DNA from: Candidatus Obscuribacteraceae bacterium
GTDB taxonomy: Bacteria > Cyanobacteriota > Vampirovibrionia > Obscuribacterales > Obscuribacteraceae
Length of the DNA stretch: 64,000 nt
Direction: 5' to 3'
Assembly: GCA_044229845.1 (NCBI GenBank)
Contig: JBGASG010000007.1
Span: forward strand, 160,001-224,000
The notes under the pieces are model-generated. The model ran no database searches. It saw only the letters and a program-made list of their open reading frames with translations, and had not been told where the DNA came from. The translations under genes were made by a program, and so were the position numbers. Below are positions 20,829 to 30,498 of this stretch, piece after piece. Numbering within the stretch: position 1 is the first letter of the stretch; every line of letters begins with the position of its first letter.

Positions 20829-21583
20829 AGCGTGCCGACGAATGTTGCCTACCTTCTCTCCATACCCTGAGGTTTGATGCCAGCAAACGGACTGATAATG
20901 CCCAAACAGACCAGTGTATCGACGGTTTCTTGCAATTGTCTTTCGTCACCATTTTCGGTGCAGCTGAAATGGACGCAGGTTCAAAAACTGCTGGTGAGCC
21001 AGGGTTAATGGACTGGCGCTCATTTCCGGATGTCTATCGAAGTGGGATCGACCGCATGAACGGAGGGATCGGATCGTGAGAACCGGGTACATATGCGCCT
21101 CGCTGATCAATGAGTTGGATTAAATCTGCTTGGAAGCGGGGTTGTCAGTATCGCTGCATGGTTAACACCTGATAAGCTTTGTCGCTGGCAAATGGGTGAT
21201 ATGCCCATTTGATTTCTTCTGGGGAGAAACATGCATGCGGGTATTCGACGAAGCCCCGGTTGCTCTCGATAGTCTGGATGACCACCTGAAAGCCTTGTTG
21301 AGACTGAAACTCAGAGAGTTTGTACACCTGTCTCCATGGTTCAAGGGCGTGCCCACCATAGATTGCAATTACTACGAAGCAACAACCAAGCGGAGTCCGG
21401 TTACCAGACAATTAGAAGCGCACGATTGCCCTCAAAAGGGACATCGACGCATTCATCAGCGTCACCGCCAGGTAATCAGACTGAAATAACTGACCGAAGC
21501 GGACGCTCAACAAAGTAACCCAGAAAGGTGGTGGCGAAAATCTCCACCTTTCTGCCTTTTTGCCGACTGCCGAAGCTCTCGCC

Positions 21584-21617
21584 GTCAGATCTCAACCGAT
21601 ATCGGTTCAGATCTGAC
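21584..21617. repeat. dispersed palindrome copy 2
   Basis: GTCAGATCTCAACCGATATCGGTTCAGATCTGAC; one mismatched pair. Confidence 0.95.
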
Positions 21618-21660
21618 ACAGGCTCAATGACAACCCCGACTCGCCAGGTTCCGAGAAACC

Positions 21661-21682
21661 CAACCGATATCGGTTGAGATCT
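21661..21682. repeat. dispersed palindrome copy 3
   Basis: CAACCGATATCGGTTGAGATCT; centre 68 bp from the centre of copy 2. Confidence 0.92.
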
Positions 21683-21698
21683 GAGGGGAGTCAGGGCG

Positions 21699-21729
21699 AA
21701 AAAGAAAGGCCAGGCGCGATGCCTGACCT
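21699..21729 (-). terminator. intrinsic terminator of tRNA-Pro
   Basis: Minus strand reads AGGTCAGGC-ATCGC-GCCTGGCCT followed by TTCTTTTT. Confidence 0.75.
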
Positions 21730-21738
21730 GACTGTCAT

Positions 21739-21813
21739 TGGTCGGGACGAGAGGATTCGAACCTCCGGCCTCACCCACCCCAAAGGTGCGCGCTACCCCT
21801 GCGCCACGTCCCG
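21739..21813 (-). tRNA. tRNA-Pro(GGG)
   Basis: Full cloverleaf: acceptor CGGGACG/CGTCCCG, anticodon loop TT-GGG-GT, TTCGAAT T-loop, encoded CCA. TATAAT lies just upstream. Confidence 0.95.
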
Positions 21814-21909
21814 TAGCACTTACATTATATACGCACTGTATTGATCGCCGGCTGACCGCCACCTTGTCCGCCAGATGAGCGGCGCGGGCGGCGGCTTTTC
21901 TATGTATTA

Positions 21910-24276
21910 TTGGTTGAAGTGTTTCAACCTCTGAAGAAAAATATCTCGATAGATGTCAAAGAACTCTTCCAGTTTCCGCTGGACGAGTTCCAGCTGGAAG
22001 CCATCGAGCACATCGATGAAGGCAAGAGCGTCGTCGTGTGCGCGCCCACGGGTTCAGGCAAGACGGTGATCGCCGAGTATGCTGTCGAGTTGGCTCTGCG
22101 CTCCAACCGCCGCTGTTTCTACACGACGCCGTTGAAAGCGCTCTCCAACCAGAAGCTTTTCGACCTGCGCCAGAAATACGGCGAGGAAAAGGTTGGGCTT
22201 CTGACTGGCGACATTTCGGTCAATCGAGATGCACCGATTGTTGTGATGACCACCGAGGTCTACCGCAACATGCTCTATGGAACCAGTTTTGGTGACGTCA
22301 ACAAGAATTTGGCCAATGTGGCGTCGGTGATTCTGGATGAATGTCACTACATGAACGATGCTCAACGCGGCACCGTCTGGGAAGAGTCGATCATCTATTC
22401 GCCATCTGAGATTCAATTGGTGGCGCTGTCCGCGACGGTTGCGAACGCTGCTGAGTTGACTGAATGGATCGATCAAACGCACGGGCCGACGGCGCTGGTA
22501 AGTTCCACCTTCCGTCCGGTGCCTCTGCGATTTTATTATTTCGGCGGCAGGAAGCTGTTTCCTCTCTTGCGACCGGGCGGCAGCGGTATGAACCCGCAAC
22601 TCAAGTCATTGTTCGGCGGTAAGCAGAAGTTTCCTCGCCGTGGTGGTCCAAGGCGGCGCAACGAAGACATGCCCGATCCGCGCGACGTGCTGATGACGCT
22701 CTATGCCAAAGAAATGCTGCCGGCGATTTACTTCCTTTTCTCCAGACGCGGCTGTGAAGAGTCGATGAAGAAGTGTCGTGGTGTAGTGCTCATTACCGAC
22801 GACGAACGGCGCCAAATCAAGAAGGCTGTCGATGAATTGGTCGCCGATAACGAGAATTTGCGGTCGCATCCGCACTTGCTCTTTTTGTATGAGGGGATGT
22901 CGGTTCACCATGCCGGCATGCTGCCCAGCTGGAAGCATGTGGTTGAGAAACTCTTCCAGAAGGGACTGCTGAAGGTAGTCTTCGCGACCGAAACTCTGGC
23001 GGCCGGGATTAACATGCCGGCGCGCACTACGATCATCAGTGCCATCTCCAAGCGTGCCGATGAAGGACACCGTTCGTTGACCGCCAGCGAATTTTTGCAA
23101 ATGAGCGGTCGGGCCGGACGCCGAGGCATGGACGAGATCGGGCACGTGGTCGTGCTCAGTCATCCATACGAGAGCGTCGAGGATGCGGCCAAGTTGGCCG
23201 CGGCGCCGGCGGATCCCCTGGAAAGCCGCTTCACGCCTTCCTACGGGATGGTGCTTAACCTCTTGCAGCGGCACACTATGGAAGAGGCCAAGGACTTGAT
23301 CGAGCGCAGCTTCGGTCAGTTTCTTCTCCAGCAGCAGCTGGACCCGCTGTTTCTCCAGAAGATGGTGTGGGAACGTGAGCTGGAGAAACTGAAGAACCCG
23401 CTCTGTCCAGGTGAGCTCGGGGACCTGCCGCAATACAATAGATACCTGGAGGCTGCAGCCGCGAAACAGAAACAGATAAAGCATATGGAGCGCTCGTTGG
23501 CTCAGCACGGTGATACCGGTGGTAGTGGCGCAGAGGCTGTGGATGCCTTGAAGGTGGAAAGTGCTGAGTTCACGCAGAAGGCTCATGATATGCCATGCCA
23601 CGGCTGTCCGGAGCAGAAGCCCTGCAGCAAGCAGAGCGACCGGATTAAGGTGCTCGAAAATCGCATACGTGAAATGACGAGACGCATCGGTAAGGAACAT
23701 GGAAAGTATTTTCGTGAGTTCGAATCGCTCTCCAACATCCTGCGCTTGCAAGGCTATCTCGATGGCGGCACCCCGACCAAGCTTGGCGAAATGACGGCGG
23801 CGCTGCGGGCGACGAACGAATTATTCTTGAGTGAAGTGATTGTCAGCGGTGTGCTGAACAAGTTGAGACCGCCGGAACTGGCAGCGGTGATTACCGCGCT
23901 CGTCAGTGAAGAAGATCGAATTGAGTCCGCCATGCGCATCCGTATGGGACCGGCTGCTGACCTGGCTCTCGAGAAGATCAATAAAATCGGGCGCAGCGTT
24001 TTCAGATTGCAGCGCGACTTCGACGTAGAGATTCCGGTCGAGTTCTCACCGATATTTTCCGGGCTCACTCAACTGTGGGCTGATGGTGCGACGTGGGAAG
24101 ATATTCGCCGCACCAGTCAATTTGATGAGGGCGATATCGTGCGAGCGCTGCGCCGCACTGTGGACCTGTGCCGCCAGATTATCCGGGCTCCGAACGTGGC
24201 GGAGGATCTCGTTAATGTGTGCATGGACACAGAGCGCCTGATTGGTCGCGACGAAGTCAAAGAAGACTTTTCCTGA
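21910..24276 (+). CDS. Ski2/HelY-like DEAD/DEAH-box RNA helicase
   Basis: APTGSGKT, DECH, LSAT, HHAG and QMSGRAGRRG motifs; C-terminal DEGDIVR. Confidence 0.93.
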   Translation: MVEVFQPLKKNISIDVKELFQFPLDEFQLEAIEHIDEGKSVVVCAPTGSGKTVIAEYAVELALRSNRRCFYTTPLKALSNQKLFDLRQKYGEEKVGLLTGDISVNRDAPIVVMTTEVYRNMLYGTSFGDVNKNLANVASVILDECHYMNDAQRGTVWEESIIYSPSEIQLVALSATVANAAELTEWIDQTHGPTALVSSTFRPVPLRFYYFGGRKLFPLLRPGGSGMNPQLKSLFGGKQKFPRRGGPRRRNEDMPDPRDVLMTLYAKEMLPAIYFLFSRRGCEESMKKCRGVVLITDDERRQIKKAVDELVADNENLRSHPHLLFLYEGMSVHHAGMLPSWKHVVEKLFQKGLLKVVFATETLAAGINMPARTTIISAISKRADEGHRSLTASEFLQMSGRAGRRGMDEIGHVVVLSHPYESVEDAAKLAAAPADPLESRFTPSYGMVLNLLQRHTMEEAKDLIERSFGQFLLQQQLDPLFLQKMVWERELEKLKNPLCPGELGDLPQYNRYLEAAAAKQKQIKHMERSLAQHGDTGGSGAEAVDALKVESAEFTQKAHDMPCHGCPEQKPCSKQSDRIKVLENRIREMTRRIGKEHGKYFREFESLSNILRLQGYLDGGTPTKLGEMTAALRATNELFLSEVIVSGVLNKLRPPELAAVITALVSEEDRIESAMRIRMGPAADLALEKINKIGRSVFRLQRDFDVEIPVEFSPIFSGLTQLWADGATWEDIRRTSQFDEGDIVRALRRTVDLCRQIIRAPNVAEDLVNVCMDTERLIGRDEVKEDFS

Positions 24277-24296
24277 GCGCGCGCAGTCTCACAGTC

Positions 24297-25058
24297 TCAG
24301 TGTTTTGCTGCCGGTGCTTTGGTCTTGAGCCACTCGTCAAGGCTGGTCGGGCAGATCTTTCCGCCTGGTCCTGGCACGAGCTTGTGCTCATCCAGAATCA
24401 CTCCGTAATAGGGAGCATCGGCTGCAGCTGTGATTTGACGCGAATCGCCGGTGGCTTTTAGATACCTTGCGACAAGCTCGTTTTGCGGCAGGCGATCGGG
24501 ACCGGCGATTTCAACGGTGGTGTTCACCGGTGTCTGTGCGCACGTCGATGCCATGACCTCCGCGACATCATCGGCAGCGATGGGTTGCATATGACCGGTG
24601 GACAAGTTGGTTGTGTTGCCCACCGTTGCTGCATCGGCAATGCCGCCCAGGAATTCGAAAAACTGAGTTGCATGCACAATGGTGTACGGAATCTTGCCGG
24701 ACTTGATCAACTTCTCCTGCACCTGCTTAGCTCGGAAATAGCCGCTGTCTTGCAAGCGGTCTGTGCCAACGACGCCAAGCGCAATGTGGTGTTTGACCCC
24801 AGCCTCGCCGCCCGCCGTGAGCAGGTTCTTTGTAGAGACCTCAAAGAACTCCATAACTTCTGTGTCTTCCCAAGAAGGCGCGTTGGAGACGTCGAGAACC
24901 ACATCGGCATCCTTGATTGCTTCTTGCAAGCCTTCGCCTGTGATTGTGTTCACGCCCGACTTACGCGACGCGGGCACGACATCGTGCCCTTGTTTCCGCA
25001 GCCGGTCTACTGTTTTTGCGCCAATCAAGCCGCTGGCGCCAACGACAACAATTCTCAT
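24297..25058 (-). CDS. atypical SDR/NmrA-like NAD(P)-binding oxidoreductase
   Basis: MRIVVVGASGLIG, YFRAK and ATQFFEF motifs. Confidence 0.9.
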   Translation of the reverse strand: MRIVVVGASGLIGAKTVDRLRKQGHDVVPASRKSGVNTITGEGLQEAIKDADVVLDVSNAPSWEDTEVMEFFEVSTKNLLTAGGEAGVKHHIALGVVGTDRLQDSGYFRAKQVQEKLIKSGKIPYTIVHATQFFEFLGGIADAATVGNTTNLSTGHMQPIAADDVAEVMASTCAQTPVNTTVEIAGPDRLPQNELVARYLKATGDSRQITAAADAPYYGVILDEHKLVPGPGGKICPTSLDEWLKTKAPAAKH

Positions 25059-25222
25059 ATGTTCGCCCCCTGGATTGAGCTTTATGACCGCGTCACAATA
25101 GCATGACGCACGCAACAGTATGTCGCTTTCAACCAAAGCTGTTCGTTCCGGGCTTTTGGGTGCATACTAGAGATGTACCATGCTCGAAGAAGCGCACGCA
25201 GCCGTAGTTTTGGAGAATTCCA

Positions 25223-25630
25223 ATGATATTTCGCAATCGCCTGATAGCAGTCGGTGTATTTGCAACGTTGCTTGCACCGGTCGTTTCGTTAGTTACCGAG
25301 CAATCTTGTGACGCGCGTGGCGGCAGGGGTGGAGGCGTCAAGCGGGGTGGCAGCGGGCTGAAACGCGGCGGCAACTTCGGCGGCGGTCGAGGTTTGTCGC
25401 GGCGTGGTGGTCGAGGCGGCTATCGAAACCAGGATCTGAACGGAGACGGTGTCGTCGACCAGGCGGATAAGCGTCAGGCGCGGGGACTGACCAGCTCGAT
25501 GGCAGGTGGTGGCAGCGCCGGGAGTCCTCACGTGAGCGGCGCCGGTGGCAACAGTGGTGTGGGTGGACAGGGTGGCAACGGCGTGACGGTCTACCATCCA
25601 AGTCCAAGCCCGAGTCCGTCGGGACAATAG
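25223..25630 (+). CDS. secreted glycine-rich protein with one EF-hand-like loop
   Basis: Signal peptide; RGG-rich tract; DLNGDGVVDQAD. Confidence 0.6.
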   Translation: MIFRNRLIAVGVFATLLAPVVSLVTEQSCDARGGRGGGVKRGGSGLKRGGNFGGGRGLSRRGGRGGYRNQDLNGDGVVDQADKRQARGLTSSMAGGGSAGSPHVSGAGGNSGVGGQGGNGVTVYHPSPSPSPSGQ

Positions 25631-25666
25631 ACAAGTAAGCAATCATCGACTTGTCCTGAGACAATA

Positions 25667-27349
25667 ATGTCTATGGACGAGAAACTCGAAAGTCGGCCGG
25701 TTAGCCCTGAAAAAGAGCGCGAAATAGAACTCGTAGTCGGCGGCAACCGCGACTATGGTGCGGCTGAGATTGCGCCGGTGCCGGCCAATTTGCTGGATAA
25801 GTACGAACACGTCGTGCACGTGGCAACAGGCGGCATGGCCTCGGTCTATCGCGGCAAGCATCGGTTGACGGGGCAAAACGTTGCCATCAAAGTGCTCGCC
25901 GACCGGCGCGATCAAAGTGTCGAACGTTTCAAGCGCGAAGCGGCAACCGTGGCGGCCCTGACGCATGGAAACATCGTGCATATCTACGACTTCGGTGTTG
26001 ATGGCGCGGCGTACATAACCATGGAGTACGTTGAAGGACGCTCTCTGTCCGAAGCTGTGCAAGCTGAGGGGAGGCTGTCCCTCGAGCGCTTCTACAAAGT
26101 ATTCGCCGATGTCTGTGCCGGGCTGGCTCATGCCCACCGCAAGGGCGTTGTGCACCGCGACATCAAACCGAGCAATATCCTCATTCAGGAAGTCGCAGCT
26201 GGAGAAGAAACCGCCAAGCTGGCCGACTTCGGATTGGCGAAGGCTCTGGTGGGAGGACCGGGACAGGAGATCTCTCAGACCGGCGAGATACTCGGAACCC
26301 CGCTCTACATGAGCCCTGAGCAATGCATGGGAGCGACAGCAGGCAAGCCATCGGACATCTATTCTCTGGGATGTGTCATGTATGAGTGCCTGACCGGCCA
26401 GCCACCGATCAAAGGCGCCAACTTTCTGGAGACGGTCTGGTACCGGTTGAATGAGAAGCCGAAGTCCTTTGCCGAACTTGGTGTGAAAGCGCCTTCAGCG
26501 CTGGAACGGGTGGTGTTTCGCTGTCTGGCTCAAGACCCGGCCGATCGCTATCAGTCGGTAGAAGCGCTGGCTGCGGACCTCGAATGTTGTCGTCTAAACA
26601 AAGCGATTTCACAGACGGCGCTCATATCTGGCCGACCTGGCAAGCCTCAATCATTTAAGAAGAAGCGGTCTGAGAGAAATGGAGCGTTGCTTGCGGTTTC
26701 AGTAGCGCTGGCGATTATGACTGTTTGTGCGGCATTTCTGGCTGCCAACCTCGCGTATCATGGTCCGGACACCCCGTCTGAACTGGAAGGACGGGATATT
26801 CCTGCCCCTCCGGTTCCCCTGGCGCCGCCCGTTCCCCGCGCACCGCGAGCGGTGCACAAACTGCCGCCACTGGCCTCGAAACTCTTTTTGATGGTTGATC
26901 TTCAGCAAGGTGCGGCGGGACAAAAATCCGACGTCATGGCCTTTCATAATCAAGGAGACGGAGTTTCCGATGCCGACTACGCCAAGCTGATGAGCAACTC
27001 GCAGGTGAAGCTGGAGACTCAGCAATGGGGTGAGTACTACCAGAAGATTTTCGATGAAATGCGTCCGGCGGACGGGTCTATTCCCAAGGGGGCGCGCATG
27101 GAAATGAATGTCGCCATATCTGGTGACGGACAGGTTTTTGCCAATACGAAGTGGGCGGATGCCGGAGATCAGCGAGTGCAGCAGTTTTACAACGAGGTGC
27201 TCATGCAAGCCAAGTCGCTGAGCAAGCAGCCCTGGATCAAGCCGCCGGCCGGCTATAAAGCGGTGGAGTTTTCGTACTGGGTGGAAGGCGATCCGCTGGA
27301 ACTGCGGTTGTCGGTGAACAATCTGAAGCTGGTGCCGGACCAGCAGTAG
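25667..27349 (+). CDS. membrane Ser/Thr protein kinase
   Basis: GGMASVY, VAIK, HRDIKPSN, DFG and YMSPE motifs; TM segment; Pro-rich linker. Confidence 0.95.
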   Translation: MSMDEKLESRPVSPEKEREIELVVGGNRDYGAAEIAPVPANLLDKYEHVVHVATGGMASVYRGKHRLTGQNVAIKVLADRRDQSVERFKREAATVAALTHGNIVHIYDFGVDGAAYITMEYVEGRSLSEAVQAEGRLSLERFYKVFADVCAGLAHAHRKGVVHRDIKPSNILIQEVAAGEETAKLADFGLAKALVGGPGQEISQTGEILGTPLYMSPEQCMGATAGKPSDIYSLGCVMYECLTGQPPIKGANFLETVWYRLNEKPKSFAELGVKAPSALERVVFRCLAQDPADRYQSVEALAADLECCRLNKAISQTALISGRPGKPQSFKKKRSERNGALLAVSVALAIMTVCAAFLAANLAYHGPDTPSELEGRDIPAPPVPLAPPVPRAPRAVHKLPPLASKLFLMVDLQQGAAGQKSDVMAFHNQGDGVSDADYAKLMSNSQVKLETQQWGEYYQKIFDEMRPADGSIPKGARMEMNVAISGDGQVFANTKWADAGDQRVQQFYNEVLMQAKSLSKQPWIKPPAGYKAVEFSYWVEGDPLELRLSVNNLKLVPDQQ

Positions 27350-27680
27350 AGCTTATTGCTGAGCTTCTGCTGAGGCTGAGCTTGCAACGGCATGTGCCTT
27401 TGAATATGGTGGCACATTGTAAAGTTGAATCGCTGAGCTGATCGGGATTTCCGCACTTTCAGATCGGGCTAACAACGGCATTTCGTGCGGCTGAGCAAGA
27501 TATTTCTTCAAAGTCACGGTACCCAGTCCGGTAAAAAGTCACAAGTTAAAGGTATAAAGAAGAAAGCGATGCAGCGACTCACTGCATGCGGCTCACGGAC
27601 CGCTGAGTCATACCGACATCGCATCTGATTTAACTGCCCCGCGCCGTGAGCGAGGCGGATCTCGCTGAGGTAAACCCTGA

Positions 27681-28478
27681 ATGAGCAACAAGAAGCATTG
27701 GCTGGCACTGGCTGCACTGGTTTCGTTTCTCGTCCCCGCCGCAGCCTCGGCAGATGCTTACTCGGACGGTTACCTGCGCAACTACGGCTCCGCAAAACCA
27801 ATGGTCTCTTCTGGCAGTCTGCGCCAAGTGCAGATGTCACCGGTTGTGGCCGTCGGCGGCATGTCGCTGAGCGCCGCCAATGCGGCCGGTGACTACATGC
27901 ACGATGTTTGCAAAGAAGGCACGTTCACCTGGACTAGGGACAGGTTTCCACTTAAGGTGTATATCGAAGACGGAGCAGTTGTCCCCGGCTATCGCCCGAA
28001 CTTCAATCAGTTCATCGTTGATGCATTCAATACCTGGGATCAGGTGACCAGCCACAAGCTTTCCTGGTCGCAAGTTTCATCGCCTCAAGACGCCGACATC
28101 ACAATCCGCTGGACCGATGCCGTTACCGAACGTGTGGAAGGCACCGAAGCCGGACGCACGGCGGCCGTGACTCGACTGAATCCGGCTACCGGGCTAGGCA
28201 CCATATCTGGTGCTAAGATGCAGTTCTTGACGCGCCTGCCGCAAAGACAGTTTTCCGACGACGAAGTGAAAAAGACCTGCCTGCACGAGGTCGGTCACGC
28301 ACTCGGTCTGCAAGGGCATTCAACCAATCGCAACGACATCATGTATTACGCGGTTTCGCCTACGCAAGGAACGCTTACGGCTCGCGACATCAACACGATG
28401 AACAAGCTGTACGACACTTACCCGGCGAACTCAGCTGCGACCATGGTTACTCTGGGACCGAAGCCGCGCCGCAATTAA
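27681..28478 (+). CDS. matrixin-family zinc metalloprotease (secreted)
   Basis: HEVGHALGLQGHS plus DIMY Met-turn; signal peptide. Confidence 0.9.
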   Translation: MSNKKHWLALAALVSFLVPAAASADAYSDGYLRNYGSAKPMVSSGSLRQVQMSPVVAVGGMSLSAANAAGDYMHDVCKEGTFTWTRDRFPLKVYIEDGAVVPGYRPNFNQFIVDAFNTWDQVTSHKLSWSQVSSPQDADITIRWTDAVTERVEGTEAGRTAAVTRLNPATGLGTISGAKMQFLTRLPQRQFSDDEVKKTCLHEVGHALGLQGHSTNRNDIMYYAVSPTQGTLTARDINTMNKLYDTYPANSAATMVTLGPKPRRN

Positions 28479-28492
28479 CTAAAGCAGAGCAA

Positions 28493-29242
28493 TTAAGAGC
28501 GGAAGCTTTGCAGGCGGGTTTCCGCCAGTGACAGCACTTGTTCAACGACATCGTCGATGGATAGACCGTCAGTATCGATTACGATGGCATCCTCAGCTTG
28601 CCGCAGGGGCGAGGTTTCTCTCGTCGAATCGAAGTGGTCTCGGGCCGTAATCTCTTCCATCAAAGTCTTCAGATCGGCGATTTGACCCATCTCCTTCAGA
28701 TCCTTCTGGCGGCGCTCGGCGCGTACTTCCGGGCTGGCTGTGAGGAATATTTTCAGCGCTGCCCGCGGCAGGACGACGGTACCGATATCGCGGCCGTCCA
28801 TGACGACACCGCCGCGATCAGCCATTTGCTGCTGCCGCGTCACCATAATTTTGCGGATGCCGGCAATGGCTGAGACCTGGCTGACAAAGCGCGTAACGAT
28901 GCGCGAACGGACGATCATGGTGACGTCGGTATCGTTGATGAAAACTCGCACACGTCCTCGCGAGGACGTGTCGGGCGGCTTTAAATCTATGCGCTCTTTC
29001 TCAACAAGAGCAATGACCTCGTCGGCGTTCTCCAGATTGGCCCTTTTCTCCAGAGCTATCCATGTCGCGGCTCTGTACATCGCGCCGGTATCTATATACA
29101 GATAGTGCAGCTTGTCGGCGACACGCTGGGCGACGGTGGACTTGCCTGCACCGGCCGGTCCATCGATGGCGATGCCGTCCTGCTTCGGTAGGGACATGTC
29201 AGCCTCGTTGCGCTGCGTATTGGAACTTGTGGTCTGTAACAT
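28493..29242 (-). CDS. cmk: cytidylate kinase
   Basis: IAIDGPAGAGKST, DTGAMYR and MDGRDIGTVV motifs. Confidence 0.97.
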   Translation of the reverse strand: MLQTTSSNTQRNEADMSLPKQDGIAIDGPAGAGKSTVAQRVADKLHYLYIDTGAMYRAATWIALEKRANLENADEVIALVEKERIDLKPPDTSSRGRVRVFINDTDVTMIVRSRIVTRFVSQVSAIAGIRKIMVTRQQQMADRGGVVMDGRDIGTVVLPRAALKIFLTASPEVRAERRQKDLKEMGQIADLKTLMEEITARDHFDSTRETSPLRQAEDAIVIDTDGLSIDDVVEQVLSLAETRLQSFRS

Positions 29243-29260
29243 AAGCTCCCCCGCCGTGAC

Positions 29261-30097
29261 TCATGAGCCAGCCGGCTCATCCTTCTGCACCTGATTCCCC
29301 TGCATTCTAAGCGACTCCATGGTTTTAATGAAAGTTGGCAGACCGAAAATAATCGTAGTCAGCAATGAAACGATAATCACGGCGTTCAGCACCATCCTCA
29401 GCACTGGTGTTTCTTCCCAGGTTTCAGGGTGAGACGGGACAGGCTGCGATATTGTGTCTGAAATCTCATCTGGGTAAGTGCTGACCGGGCGGAAATCATC
29501 TGGGGGCGGTTCGTCGCGCAATGGTGCGTGCTGACCGGAGGCGCGTTGGGCGATCAACGCTTCCATGGCATCCACTGCCTCGTCGGCGATCGGGTCATCG
29601 CTGAGGACGGTCGCTGTCGGCAGCTGTATGCCGGAGATGCCACTTTCTGCGGTGGCATCCTCATCTGTGGCTCCGGGTGGGAGAATCGGCGCCACGGGGG
29701 CGTCCTTGCCGCCGAAGAGCTTGTCGAGCAACGAACCCTGATCGAACAACTCGCCGGGATCTTCCGGGAGGTTCGGCAGGTATTCAATCAATCGCGGCAG
29801 CGACAGGTGGAGAACGTCCTTTAAATCGCTCGGGTGCTCGTTGCCGCTGTCGAGCAAAACGAAGCTCCCTTCGCCGATTGCCAAAATGTCGCGCACGGCG
29901 GGATATCCGCTGTCGCCCTGGTCGGTGCATGCACCGACGATGAACTGCCCATCTGCAATGGCCAGTCGACCTGCGCTGTCGGATTCCTTCGACGCGATAC
30001 GCAGCACATAAAGACCGGCATCCTGTTCCGCCACCGCCTGGAGCACGTCCTTCATGCTCCACGACTTTGACAGCGAACCTTCGAAGACTACATCCAC
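29261..30097 (-). CDS. DUF4388/PATAN-like N-terminal domain protein with C-terminal TM
   Basis: FEGSL...DVLQ...LRI...GRLAIADGQFIVGA...GSF pattern. Confidence 0.6.
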   Translation of the reverse strand: MDVVFEGSLSKSWSMKDVLQAVAEQDAGLYVLRIASKESDSAGRLAIADGQFIVGACTDQGDSGYPAVRDILAIGEGSFVLLDSGNEHPSDLKDVLHLSLPRLIEYLPNLPEDPGELFDQGSLLDKLFGGKDAPVAPILPPGATDEDATAESGISGIQLPTATVLSDDPIADEAVDAMEALIAQRASGQHAPLRDEPPPDDFRPVSTYPDEISDTISQPVPSHPETWEETPVLRMVLNAVIIVSLLTTIIFGLPTFIKTMESLRMQGNQVQKDEPAGS

Positions 30098-30133
30098 AGA
30101 ATGTTTTGTTGAGTGCCGGTCACGGTGCCGGGT

Positions 30134-30487
30134 TTAGGTGCCTGTTCTACGCTTGTTCCAGATCATCTTCACCCAATCGTAGAAGCTAGGCGTCAGAGGT
30201 GCATTTTCGGCTGCTTGCTGCTGCGCTTGTTCGAGAGGCATGCCCTCGGAAATGCTCTTCACAATCTGGGCAACCTCACCGTCTTGTGGAAAGCGATGGA
30301 GAGCTTTCTTGGAAAAAAGCAGCTTGCCGTCGTGTTCTACTTCGAAAACGCCTCCCGATGATTGAATCAATTGAGACGGTTCGGCTAAAAGGGTTTCCAG
30401 TTCTGCCGCCAACCTGACGGCGTGTTGCTTGTAGCCTCAAGCCCCGCAATAGGTAATGCGAAATCCTTCGGTCGTGGTCATGCTCAT
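30134..30487 (-). CDS. SelW/Rdx-family selenoprotein, 117 aa, Sec at codon 17
   Basis: AAGGAG SD, then ATG 30487. Reads MSMTTTEGFRITYCGA-TGA(30439-30437)-GYKQHAVRLAAEL...GGVFEV...LLFSKKALHRFP, in frame with the track ORF 30134..30412. Confidence 0.92.
30405..30421 (-). promoter_or_regulatory. putative bacterial SECIS hairpin
   Basis: GCCGUCA-GGU-UGGCGGC stem-loop starting 15 nt after the UGA, with a G-led apical loop. Confidence 0.65.
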
Positions 30488-30498
30488 GGTCTCCTTTA

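Noticed and set aside
20830..21580. Integrated element at the tRNA-Pro 3' end
   Set aside because: No integrase seen, no duplicate of the tRNA 3' end noticed, and the short ORFs have no recognisable motifs.
21584..21682. Two palindrome copies separated by unique sequence, as a mini-CRISPR
   Set aside because: Only two units, the same motif occurs singly elsewhere, and there are no cas genes in the window.
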